Source: a virus
Direction: 5' to 3' (one strand)
Virus record (IMG/VR): IMGVR_UViG_3300025411_000008
Location: 1-64,000 of that record
DNA length: 64,000 bases
How positions within the stretch are numbered: the stretch's first letter is position 1; every line of letters begins with the position of its first letter. Positions 26,914 to 34,962 of the stretch are shown one piece after another. The notes under the pieces are model-generated. The model saw only the letters and a program-made list of their open reading frames with translations. It was not told where the DNA came from and did no database searches. A program made the position numbers and the translations under genes.

Positions 26914-27948
26914 TTATTCTATCTCTTCATCTGTAAATATATTGAAATCATCAACATGGTCATACTGTTCAAAGAAGTCTGGGAACTGCATGTCACCAAT
27001 GTGACAAATTCTAACTACCATCATGTCTTCAATCAAGTCATAGGTGGAAGGATCATCATCCATGTTAACGGATACTGTCGTGATACTGTCTTGCCATTGC
27101 TCGATAAAAGACTCGATGTCATCCAGGTCATCGACCGGAATCAACTTTACATCTCCGTACAGTGTATCAAACACTTTGAAGGATTTCAAATTATCTAGAC
27201 GTACATATTTCTCTACGTAGTTAGAGGATATCGTGTTGTGCACGAGCTCACTACGCTTTGTAAATGGCAACTTGTCTCGGTACTCCTGGATAAGGTTGCC
27301 GTACAAAGCATTCATATTATCACTGAATTGCCTTACGTGCTTCCTTCTCACCTTGCCCAATACAAAATAAAACTTTGGTGCAAGGCTGCCTTCTCCATAG
27401 AAAGAGAAGAAGTCAAAGCAGATAGAATTGATATTGGTAGGAGTTAAGTGTTCTTCCCTGATAATACCAAAGCTGAACTTCTGCCCATGCTCCCACACAT
27501 GTCGGTCTACAGTCTCATATTCTCTGTAGGCTTTCATAACCATCTCGTTGCCAAATACGATTATGTCAGTAGCGTTGTTGAGCTCTTCTAACCATTCGTC
27601 GTCTAGCTCGAGGTCATCTATACCCGCAGCGAATACCTTGTTGCGTACGTTCTCCGCGTGGTGCTCAAAGACATTCTGAACCATGAACACTTCGTCTAGG
27701 TTTGGTGACTTAACGACAATGCTTTCTGGGCCAGCTAGCTTAAGGCATAAGAATACAGTCTTAGGCAATGACCATGGTGCATCGTTTCCACCAATAATTA
27801 CGAATCTACGCTGAGTCTTCTCTGCGTATTCTTCGAAAGATCTTGGCACGTCCAGGTGCTCAATGATCATACGATAATCATTCTCTAAGAACCGACCATA
27901 CTGAGTAAGGGTACTAACCATGTCGACTTCAGGGTTGATTATCCACAT
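26914..27948 (-). CDS. LuxC-like acyl-CoA/acyl-protein reductase (ALDH superfamily) homolog, apparent catalytic Cys->Ser
   Basis: IIVFGNE, HGQKFSFGII, DFFSFYGEGSLAPK, RICHIGDMQFP..D follow the LuxC motif order. Confidence 0.65.
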   Translation of the reverse strand: MWIINPEVDMVSTLTQYGRFLENDYRMIIEHLDVPRSFEEYAEKTQRRFVIIGGNDAPWSLPKTVFLCLKLAGPESIVVKSPNLDEVFMVQNVFEHHAENVRNKVFAAGIDDLELDDEWLEELNNATDIIVFGNEMVMKAYREYETVDRHVWEHGQKFSFGIIREEHLTPTNINSICFDFFSFYGEGSLAPKFYFVLGKVRRKHVRQFSDNMNALYGNLIQEYRDKLPFTKRSELVHNTISSNYVEKYVRLDNLKSFKVFDTLYGDVKLIPVDDLDDIESFIEQWQDSITTVSVNMDDDPSTYDLIEDMMVVRICHIGDMQFPDFFEQYDHVDDFNIFTDEEIE

Positions 27949-27950
27949 GG

Positions 27951-28901
27951 CTATGAACCAAGTCTCTTGCCAAAGCCTTGCGTATCTCTCCAGAGGTTGC
28001 CATGCTTCCAGCGGTCTCTGATCTGAACGAAGCCTAGTTCTTCATATAGCTTAATCAGCTCATGCTCGTTAGGGTCACCTGGTTCAATAGGATTGAATTG
28101 AAGGTTGCCAAGTGGTGGGAACGGGATATCTTCGTCTACACCAAGCTCGATAAGACGCTTGGCCATACGTACAGTGCCAATGTGTTCTGAGATCTTGGGA
28201 TCATCTAAGCTAAGTACTGTTTCTAGGTCACCGTGCTCTGCTATAAGCTTTGTAGCTTTCTTGGGACCAATGCCTGGGATGCCCTTGACGTTGTCACCCT
28301 TGTCACCCATCAATGCCCAGATCTCAGGGAGCCTCCAGGGTTCTACACCCCACTGCTCCATGATTGATTCTACATCATAGATCTCTTCTTCAATGTCCTT
28401 AGAGCTAATGCTCGGTTTGACAACGGTGATGTTAGGTCTAATGAGCTGATGCATGTCGTGGTCTGCACTGACAATTACCACTCTGTCAAAGATAGGTGAC
28501 AGACCTAGAGCAGACGTAGCAATGATGTCATCTGCTTCTACGTCTTGGATACGCAAGAATGGCAGACCGTTGCGCAAGCATACTTGCATAAAGAGATCAA
28601 GCTGTGGCTTAAACTCTTGAGAGAAAGCATTGTCCATTGGCTTAGGAGATGATTTCTTGTTACGGTTGGCCTTGTACTCTGGGTCAATGGCTAAACGCTT
28701 TGAGCTTCTACCCTTGTCAAAGGCTATGAAAGCGTGACTAGGTTCGTACTTGCGCACTAGGTTAGCAACGACGTTAAGTGCACCGAATACTCCCCAGGTA
28801 CCTGACCCGTCTGGAGCGGTGAGCCCCTGACGCATCAGGCCTGCGAAGCTACGTATAAACAAGTTGTGACCGTCGAATATAAGAAGCGTTGATTTCTTCA
28901 T
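27951..28901 (-). CDS. 5'-3' exonuclease / flap endonuclease (PolI N-terminal-like)
   Basis: DGHNL..R, FD, YKANR, EADDII, DHDMHQL, GDKGDNVKGIPGIGPKKA. Confidence 0.95.
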   Translation of the reverse strand: MKKSTLLIFDGHNLFIRSFAGLMRQGLTAPDGSGTWGVFGALNVVANLVRKYEPSHAFIAFDKGRSSKRLAIDPEYKANRNKKSSPKPMDNAFSQEFKPQLDLFMQVCLRNGLPFLRIQDVEADDIIATSALGLSPIFDRVVIVSADHDMHQLIRPNITVVKPSISSKDIEEEIYDVESIMEQWGVEPWRLPEIWALMGDKGDNVKGIPGIGPKKATKLIAEHGDLETVLSLDDPKISEHIGTVRMAKRLIELGVDEDIPFPPLGNLQFNPIEPGDPNEHELIKLYEELGFVQIRDRWKHGNLWRDTQGFGKRLGS

Positions 28902-29296
28902 GATGGGTTGTTACCTTTTCTAAACTTAAGGCGATGCTTTAAGACTGGTTCTTTAAAAGCATCTACTCTCAAAACGATCAGACGCAACTGTCTGTCTGTC
29001 ATCTTATTAGCTCTACGCAAAGCGTGAGCTATTTTAAGTATGTCATTTAAACTATACCTACGGTCACCTCCAGATGTTTTGGAGATGACTATAGGGTTGC
29101 CCATCTTATCGTAAAGGTATTTCTCTTTCTTGCGGAGTGCAGCTGGAGAAATATCAAAGAACGCTGAAGCCATTGAGACTGAAAACAGCAGTTCATCATC
29201 ACGAAGAGGTATGCCTCTTCTCTTAGAGGGTTCGGACATAGAAGGCTGACCGTACCTTGCCTGGTGTGGTTGCCTTGACGACTTGCTCCATGCCAA
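28898..29296 (-). CDS. MerR-like HTH DNA-binding protein
   Basis: FSVSMASAFFDISPAALR.KE...SGGDRRYSLNDI. Confidence 0.75.
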   Translation of the reverse strand: MAWSKSSRQPHQARYGQPSMSEPSKRRGIPLRDDELLFSVSMASAFFDISPAALRKKEKYLYDKMGNPIVISKTSGGDRRYSLNDILKIAHALRRANKMTDRQLRLIVLRVDAFKEPVLKHRLKFRKGNNPS

Positions 29297-29912
29297 TGTT
29301 ACCGAGCTTGAGTTCCTTCTCGAGTGCTTCCTCGTTGAGCTCGTATACCTTGTTGACTTCTACCGACTTGCTACCGTCAGGACGGGTAGTGGTGATCTGA
29401 GTCTCAACAAAGTTAACAACTGAGTGGAACTGTTCTGATTCGAGTACTTGCTCAAGCAAGTCAACGTCGATGTTCAGCTTACCGCCAGTGACTTCCTTGG
29501 AGAGCTTAATGCCGTTCTCTGGACTGACCATGTAACCACTGGTAGCAGTTGGGTCTTCACCGTTCATCTCGATCTTTAGGTTGATAACCTCAGTTGCGTA
29601 TGCCTTAATGGCAGACTCACGACCTTCGACGATGTCCTTGGCCTTGCGTACAGCAACAAGCTCAGTAGCGAGGTTGTCAATCTGTGCAGGTGAAAGTGGC
29701 TGAATCTCGCTGATCTCGTTCATGTAGAGAACTTCGTTGAGCTGAGCAAACACTTCCAGTGCTTCATCTACATTGGAACCTACCGCTGCAGCACGACGTG
29801 TGTCAGCACGGGTAGGAGCCTTAGTGTCTTCCCCAAACGTAGGTTCCGTTACTTCCTTGAGTTTGGAAGTAGCTGGTACTTTGCGTTGAGGCATAATGTA
29901 ATTCGGTGTCAT
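29223..29912 (-). CDS. Hypothetical protein
   Basis: 229-aa ORF with its own promoter and RBS. Confidence 0.65.
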   Translation of the reverse strand: MTPNYIMPQRKVPATSKLKEVTEPTFGEDTKAPTRADTRRAAAVGSNVDEALEVFAQLNEVLYMNEISEIQPLSPAQIDNLATELVAVRKAKDIVEGRESAIKAYATEVINLKIEMNGEDPTATSGYMVSPENGIKLSKEVTGGKLNIDVDLLEQVLESEQFHSVVNFVETQITTTRPDGSKSVEVNKVYELNEEALEKELKLGNIGMEQVVKATTPGKVRSAFYVRTL

Positions 29913-29941
29913 TTGTATTGTCCTTACTGTTGGTTATATAA

Positions 29942-29970
29942 AGGTTATAGCTTCCGGAGGGGAATGTCAA
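29942..29970 (-). promoter_or_regulatory. SigA-type promoter
   Basis: TTGACA-N17-TAACCT, intergenic. Confidence 0.65.
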
Positions 29971-29978
29971 ATAGTAAT

Positions 29979-30533
29979 TCATACTTGACGTACAGTCAAG
30001 TCTTGTGTGTCGATTGCATACAGAGGGCCACCTACGCCGACAGCAGTAACAGTAGCTCGGTATGCTGCGTCGATAACATCATTCTTGGTCCATCCACCTT
30101 CGTTGCCAAGGGCACCTAGGGCTTCACTCTGACCAGAACCAATGGCATAGCGCCCACTGAGAGGGATGGTCACTCCGAAGTGATCATCGATCACAACCAG
30201 GTTATCTTCCCACGCCATGATGAATGAGCTCTCGTAGTCTTCCATCTTCACACCGTTATCGAGCAGAGCTTCACGCATTCTTGGAACGACTTCCTTAACG
30301 ATGAACTCTTCCACAGGATAAATGTCTCGATAGAAAGGCCATTGGACATGGTACTTGATGATCTGAAGTTGTCTCAGGTCTCCAGCACCGCCGAAGATGT
30401 ATCCCTCGTTAACTTCATCGACCCATACCTTGCTATAGCCATCGGTGTCTCTCGTGAAGCTAGTAGATAGCTCTGAGTCACCAACGATAACAATGCCATT
30501 GTCCGTGGTTAATGCTGCAGCAATTACTGTCAT
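29979..30533 (-). CDS. HslV/proteasome-beta-like Ntn hydrolase
   Basis: N-terminal M-T, GDS, K, GGAG, AIGSG..ALGAL, GGP. Confidence 0.85.
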   Translation of the reverse strand: MTVIAAALTTDNGIVIVGDSELSTSFTRDTDGYSKVWVDEVNEGYIFGGAGDLRQLQIIKYHVQWPFYRDIYPVEEFIVKEVVPRMREALLDNGVKMEDYESSFIMAWEDNLVVIDDHFGVTIPLSGRYAIGSGQSEALGALGNEGGWTKNDVIDAAYRATVTAVGVGGPLYAIDTQDLTVRQV

Positions 30534-30657
30534 TCTTCCACCTTCTCAAAGTTTCCATCCCAGCCGGTAGCACCTGACATCCAAGCAGCAAACGCTGCAC
30601 CAAGCTCGTCGTCCTTGATGTTGTGCTTCTCTACGAACTCATCGAAATCATCAAACA

Positions 30658-30996
30658 TTAGTAGTAATCTTCCTCTTCAGTGTTGGGCTTCTGTTGTTCT
30701 TCTTCAACAACAACCTCTTCGGTCTTCTCTTCTACCTTAGGGGTCTGTTCGCTGATGAGCTCTTGCACTACGGCTGCGAACTGAGGACCTACGACTTCAT
30801 CCCACATAACAGCGAATTGTGTTGGTAGAGACTCTACTTTGATCTCACCATCGACGAGCTTGATCTCGCAACCAACCTCAGGCTTGATCCAGTCCCACTC
30901 ACCTCGTGCGTTCTTGACCTGAAGGGTAGCACCGATGTTTACGCTTAACTTAATTTCCATTTTCTTCCTTTGCTTTCTTCTCGAGCAAGTAATCAA
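30658..30996 (-). CDS. Hypothetical protein (likely start MEIKL)
   Basis: ORF track; acidic tail. Confidence 0.55.
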   Translation of the reverse strand: MITCSRRKQRKKMEIKLSVNIGATLQVKNARGEWDWIKPEVGCEIKLVDGEIKVESLPTQFAVMWDEVVGPQFAAVVQELISEQTPKVEEKTEEVVVEEEQQKPNTEEEDYY

Positions 30997-31321
30997 ACAT
31001 CTCGATGTGCAGCCTAGCTTCTTCCAAAATTGAAAAGTCTACTGAGATTCCATTGCGCATAAGCTTCTCTACGAGTGTAAGGATTACCTTCCTAAAACTG
31101 TGGATAGCCTCTTCGTAGAACACGAACTCATAATCGTAATCAATTGGCTTTTCTTCTGGCAGCTTGCTTTGTGCTTCTTCCATTTCCATCCTTAACTCCT
31201 TCATCTTTTTGCTAATAGCGATTGCTTGAACACCTATGGCAATACCTGCACCACGTTTGGCCAACTGCCTACCTAGTGGCCGAGGCTTCCTCTGTTTAAT
31301 CAAATCAAAATTTGGTTGCAT
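30950..31321 (-). CDS. Hypothetical protein
   Basis: AAGGAG RBS and an upstream promoter. Confidence 0.6.
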   Translation of the reverse strand: MQPNFDLIKQRKPRPLGRQLAKRGAGIAIGVQAIAISKKMKELRMEMEEAQSKLPEEKPIDYDYEFVFYEEAIHSFRKVILTLVEKLMRNGISVDFSILEEARLHIEMFDYLLEKKAKEENGN

Positions 31322-31342
31322 ACTTGCTCCTTACTTAATATA

Positions 31343-31371
31343 ACCATATCACTTCTAACATCATACTGCAA
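31343..31371 (-). promoter_or_regulatory. SigA-type promoter
   Basis: TTGCAG-N17-TATGGT with extended -10 TG. Confidence 0.55.
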
Positions 31372-31372
31372 G

Positions 31373-31445
31373 TGGATGATGAGGGACTCGAACCCCCAAC
31401 CTTGACCGTGTAAAGGTCCTGCTCTGCCAATTGAGCTAATCATCC
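31373..31445 (-). tRNA. tRNA-Val(TAC)
   Basis: Acceptor GGATGAT/ATCATCC, TAGCTCAATTGG, anticodon loop TTTACAC, GTTCGAGTC. Confidence 0.92.
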
Positions 31446-31446
31446 T

Positions 31447-31522
31447 TGGTACCCCAGGAGGGATTCGAACCCCCGGCCTAAACGGTAGAAACGTTCAGCT
31501 CTGTCCACTGAGCTACTGGGGC
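31447..31522 (-). tRNA. tRNA-Arg(TCT) with encoded CCA
   Basis: Acceptor GCCCCAG/CTGGGGT-A-CCA, loop TTTCTAC, GTTCGAATC. Confidence 0.93.
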
Positions 31523-31527
31523 CAATC

Positions 31528-31824
31528 TTAGTGCTCGATGTTGTGTTCCTCATCGAACTTCTTGTGTTCCTTACGCCAGATTCGTTTACCCCAGGCAAGG
31601 CCAATGAAAAGAATAACAATGTTCTCTACCGTTGAGTAGAATAACTCAGCAGTTGCATGTGGAGCATCAGTGATCAAACCAATAGCTTTGCGTAGATAGC
31701 CTGACTGACCGCTCTGTTCGCCAACCCACGATGGGTTAATAAGATGCGCTACACCAATAACTGCAAACACGATAGCAACAATGATGAATGGTGCTGCGAT
31801 AAAAAACTTGTTCCTACTTTTCAT
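31528..31824 (-). CDS. Small two-TM membrane protein
   Basis: Two hydrophobic segments and a His-rich tail. Confidence 0.6.
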   Translation of the reverse strand: MKSRNKFFIAAPFIIVAIVFAVIGVAHLINPSWVGEQSGQSGYLRKAIGLITDAPHATAELFYSTVENIVILFIGLAWGKRIWRKEHKKFDEEHNIEH

Positions 31825-31836
31825 TCTTACTCCTAA

Positions 31837-32070
31837 TTAGTTGGTGTCAAAGATATTAACATCAATTCCGTTTGCGCGCAACACAGACAATGCTTCATCG
31901 TATGCAGGGTTATTAAGCGTACTTGCTGCAGGTGCAGCGCCTTTCAACACACCCTTGATCCACATACTATTAACACTATAATTACTAAATGCTGCTACCA
32001 GCTTAGGTTCTGCTGGAATGTTGCAGAGCTCCAGCATAACTGATGCTGCTTGCTTTAATGTCATTGTCAT
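31837..32070 (-). CDS. Hypothetical protein
   Basis: ORF between tRNA genes. Confidence 0.5.
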   Translation of the reverse strand: MTMTLKQAASVMLELCNIPAEPKLVAAFSNYSVNSMWIKGVLKGAAPAASTLNNPAYDEALSVLRANGIDVNIFDTN

Positions 32071-32072
32071 AG

Positions 32073-32144
32073 TGCCCCCGGACGGTATCGAACCGCCGAC
32101 CTATAGTTTACAAAACTATTGCTCTACCACTGAGCTACAAGGGC
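32073..32144 (-). tRNA. tRNA-Thr(TGT)
   Basis: Acceptor GCCCTTG/CGGGGGC, anticodon arm ATAGT-TTTGTAA-ACTAT, GTTCGATAC. Confidence 0.92.
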
Positions 32145-32167
32145 TGACTTGGTTTGCTTCGTTCGGA

Positions 32168-32299
32168 TTATTTCTTGCGCTTAGGGAACTTAACCTTCTG
32201 GAACAACCCTGCCTTCACGCCTTTGTTCCAACGGTAGACAAAGTAACCTACCATTGCGAACGCAATCGCTGGGAATGCCAGCACCCATAGAATTGTCAT
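32168..32299 (-). CDS. 43-aa single-TM membrane protein (not in track)
   Basis: MTILWVLAFPAIAFAMVGYFVYRWNKG...KRKK. ATGA-coupled to the upstream gene. Confidence 0.6.
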   Translation of the reverse strand: MTILWVLAFPAIAFAMVGYFVYRWNKGVKAGLFQKVKFPKRKK

Positions 32300-32490
32300 T
32301 CTGTTTCTCCTTCACTAATGTCCCAGTCAGATGGTTGGCCAAGACGCACCATGTGCATGCAAGGATCTCCACCGTCTTCCCAGACTAGCTCTTCGCTCTC
32401 ATGCATGGGTGGACCATCGTGAGTATCGCAGAACTGTTCTGTGCAAAAGTTGTTATCGATGCCGTACTTCAGCCATTCTTCAAATGTCAT
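32296..32490 (-). CDS. Small acidic Cys/His phage protein
   Basis: WLKYG...FCDTHDG...DPCMH.VRL. Confidence 0.6.
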   Translation of the reverse strand: MTFEEWLKYGIDNNFCTEQFCDTHDGPPMHESEELVWEDGGDPCMHMVRLGQPSDWDISEGETE

Positions 32491-33794
32491 TATTGTCCAG
32501 TTGTCGGAGCCATTGTCTTCAAGAACTCACGCTTCTTGTCAAGGCTATCCTTAGCCTCTTCAAACAGCTTCTTCCAGTCCTTGCAAACATCGTACCACGT
32601 GTGGCCCTTGATCCAGTCAAGTGCCAGTGCTGAACGACGCTCTGCTTCTGCCTTGTTTGCCATGATCTCTTCGATGGCATCAGCTGCACCCTCTACACTC
32701 ATCAGAGGACGCATGCGCTCATTGTCGTTGTCCTTGATGATCCAGTGTGATGGAGTGTGGCCACTTTCAACCAACCAGCCACGCTCATTGTCACCGAGGA
32801 TCTCTGGGAGGCTTGTGTTGCGTGGGCCAACCACAGGGAGGTTTGTAGCCATTGCTTCAGTGATGCTAAGGCCCCAACCTTCACCGTGCGTGGTGGTCAA
32901 GTAGCAGTCACTTACATTGTAGATAGCATTGAGGAACTCAATTGGGAACCCAGCATGTGCACCGAACTGACGTGGGTCTGGTACGGTGAAGTCATTGTTG
33001 GGGTCGAGCTCGAGTGCACGTGCCATCTGCATAACGCTGCCACCGAAGTCTGTCTCCTGCATGTGCATGTAAAGGAATGCATCCTTGTTGCCACGGCGAC
33101 GGAGTTCCTTCATAATCATAAGGCTACGTGAGATGTCCTTGCGGCCCTGATTACGGTTGACGTTGGTGATGATGAAGCGACCTTCCATGGTTGGGAAGAT
33201 ACTCTTTCGAGCTTCAACAATTTCCTCTGGCTTCATTGGGAAGAAGTCCTTGGTGTTGGTACCGTGGTAGATAACGTGCTGGCTATCTGCGTACTCACCA
33301 ATGAACTTGCGGCTTTCGTTCTTAGCGTATTCGGTGTAAGCGACTGGGTAGTCGAACTGAGCTACACAATCCTTAACCCACTCTTCCTTAGGACCGCAGT
33401 CGAATGGGTAGTAGTAGATGGTCTTGAAGCTACCAGGCTTAAGGTTCTGAAGCTCTTGAATCTGAGGAACGATCGTCTGTACGATGAATGTGTCTTGCAC
33501 AATGAAAACAAGGTCGTACGGACGTGAGCCCAACAGGTCGAGGAATACTTGACGACCGAATACGTCGCCGTAAGGACCCTGGGTGCGAAGTGCACTAATA
33601 GCAGGCCACAGGGTACCTGGCCACTTCTCTGTGTCGTATGGGCCACCATCGTAATTAACACCGACAACGTCAATCTCGTACTTGCCTGACTTGTTAAGCT
33701 CGCCCATGATGTTCTTCATCACAGTACCGAATCCTGTGCTACAAGCGTAGTCACCCCAAGCTAGTACACGAATTTTCTGAGCAGGGTTTGCCAT
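32490..33794 (-). CDS. Glycosyltransferase, GT4 / GT-B fold
   Basis: TGFG, YHG, VNRNQGRK, EGWGLSITEAMA...SLPEIL. Confidence 0.92.
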   Translation of the reverse strand: MANPAQKIRVLAWGDYACSTGFGTVMKNIMGELNKSGKYEIDVVGVNYDGGPYDTEKWPGTLWPAISALRTQGPYGDVFGRQVFLDLLGSRPYDLVFIVQDTFIVQTIVPQIQELQNLKPGSFKTIYYYPFDCGPKEEWVKDCVAQFDYPVAYTEYAKNESRKFIGEYADSQHVIYHGTNTKDFFPMKPEEIVEARKSIFPTMEGRFIITNVNRNQGRKDISRSLMIMKELRRRGNKDAFLYMHMQETDFGGSVMQMARALELDPNNDFTVPDPRQFGAHAGFPIEFLNAIYNVSDCYLTTTHGEGWGLSITEAMATNLPVVGPRNTSLPEILGDNERGWLVESGHTPSHWIIKDNDNERMRPLMSVEGAADAIEEIMANKAEAERRSALALDWIKGHTWYDVCKDWKKLFEEAKDSLDKKREFLKTMAPTTGQ

Positions 33795-34210
33795 TAGAGA
33801 CTCCAGTCCTCTTCTAAGTTATCACCATAATAATCAAATGGGTTTAACTCTGTCAAGGTATTACTAGAATTCTTCTTTGCGCCACGGCCTTGAATCTTCT
33901 GAGCCTGAACAGCTTGCTCAATACGCTCTCTTTCAGCAGCATATTTAAAGATTGACTCGTACTCGATGCTGGTCAACTCGATGCCGAGTTCTTTGCGCAT
34001 TCGGTCACGGCTTTTACGGTTGGTACCGCCCCAGAAGCCATGCTCTTCATACTTTAGTGCATGATCTAAGCACTGTTGTTTTACTGGGCAGGAAGCACAA
34101 ATCTTCTGCAATTTGGTCTCTGGTGCTCTACCCACCTTTGGGAAGAACAAGTCGTATTTATCTTTGCATTTTGACTGGTCTTGCCAGCTGTAATCAATGG
34201 TTGTATTCAT
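33794..34210 (-). CDS. whiB: WhiB-family Fe-S transcription factor
   Basis: WQDQSKC...LFFP...ICASCPVKQQCL..AL...GFWGG. ATG at 34210 is preferred: TACAAT lies 6 nt upstream and there is no SD. Confidence 0.92.
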   Translation of the reverse strand: MNTTIDYSWQDQSKCKDKYDLFFPKVGRAPETKLQKICASCPVKQQCLDHALKYEEHGFWGGTNRKSRDRMRKELGIELTSIEYESIFKYAAERERIEQAVQAQKIQGRGAKKNSSNTLTELNPFDYYGDNLEEDWSL

Positions 34211-34236
34211 TGAATGATTGTATAAAGAGGAGGCTG

Positions 34237-34325
34237 GTAGGGCCTCGGGGGGAGTCAAAGCATTGACGCCGACTACGACCCCCGAGGAAGACCAGGCCCT
34301 ACAGGAAGGAGCTTTACAATAGCTC
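34237..34325 (-). ncRNA. GC-rich structured element upstream of whiB
   Basis: Nested stems GUAGGG/CCCUAC, CCUCGGGGG/CCCCCGAGG and AGUC/GACU, plus a GAGCU/AGCUC hairpin. Confidence 0.5.
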
Positions 34326-34341
34326 TCTTCACAGACTAGGG

Positions 34342-34587
34342 CTACTTTCTGCTCTTTTTTACATTGTCCTTTCTAAATTGTTCTGCTTTTTTAAGCAGAT
34401 TGACAACGTAATTAGCAAATTCATCGGCTTGCTGCTTAGAGCTTGCCTCTGAACCGCCTAGTGTGACTTGCTTTCCTACCAGGGTACTGTGCATCTCTCC
34501 ATTGAGGAGCAGCTGCATGAGATCTTGGTGGATCTGGTCATACTTATTAATTGGCATATTTATCTTTCTTTCTACCATGAATGGCAA
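34342..34587 (-). CDS. Hypothetical protein (likely start MPINKY)
   Basis: ORF track. Confidence 0.5.
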   Translation of the reverse strand: MPFMVERKINMPINKYDQIHQDLMQLLLNGEMHSTLVGKQVTLGGSEASSKQQADEFANYVVNLLKKAEQFRKDNVKKSRK

Positions 34588-34898
34588 CCGTATTGATCTG
34601 GGATACCCATATCATAGTGTTTTATGAAGCGTTGAGCAACAATGATTTGCGTTGCTCTGCTACTTGGTTTTGTTACACTGCCCCCGAACTGTAACCAGTT
34701 GGGTCTATCGATACCTAGTGCATCTGGGTACCAATAACTAAAATGTTTCCAGTCCCCACCCTCTTCGCATATTGCAACCTTCTGCCACTTAGCAATTAAA
34801 GCTGCGCTAATGACTACCTTGGTTGATGCTGAGGCGGTGTGTGGTACTACAAACAAACTAAACATTACTGCAATTGAAATTATAGCTTTCTTTAACAA
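34572..34898 (-). CDS. Secreted resuscitation-promoting-factor (Rpf)-like transglycosylase
   Basis: Signal peptide ending ASA; WQKVAICEEGGDW (catalytic Glu), W..FGG, SR..QI.VA.R. Confidence 0.8.
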   Translation of the reverse strand: MLKKAIISIAVMFSLFVVPHTASASTKVVISAALIAKWQKVAICEEGGDWKHFSYWYPDALGIDRPNWLQFGGSVTKPSSRATQIIVAQRFIKHYDMGIPDQYGCHSW

Positions 34899-34910
34899 AA
34901 TTCTCCAATC

Positions 34911-34959
34911 CTAGAGGGATAAGTACTCTTGGTGTTGGCTCATGGGCATCACCTCCTTT
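34911..34959 (-). promoter_or_regulatory. Perfect SD plus 10-codon leader ORF (MSQHQEYLSL*) ahead of the Rpf-like gene
   Basis: AAAGGAGGTGAT-GCCC-ATG...TAG. The stop sits just before the GGAG SD of the TTG-start gene. Confidence 0.55.
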
Positions 34960-34962
34960 CTT

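Noticed and set aside
32190-32372. 60-aa track ORF, or an additional ncRNA next to tRNA-Thr
   Set aside because: The region is better explained by the coupled 43-aa membrane ORF at 32168..32299.
14611-33794. DNA hypermodification pathway (DUF1599-like plus GT4)
   Set aside because: The genes are about 18 kb apart and no base-hydroxymethylase or similar enzyme is in the window. It cannot be excluded, but it is unsupported here.
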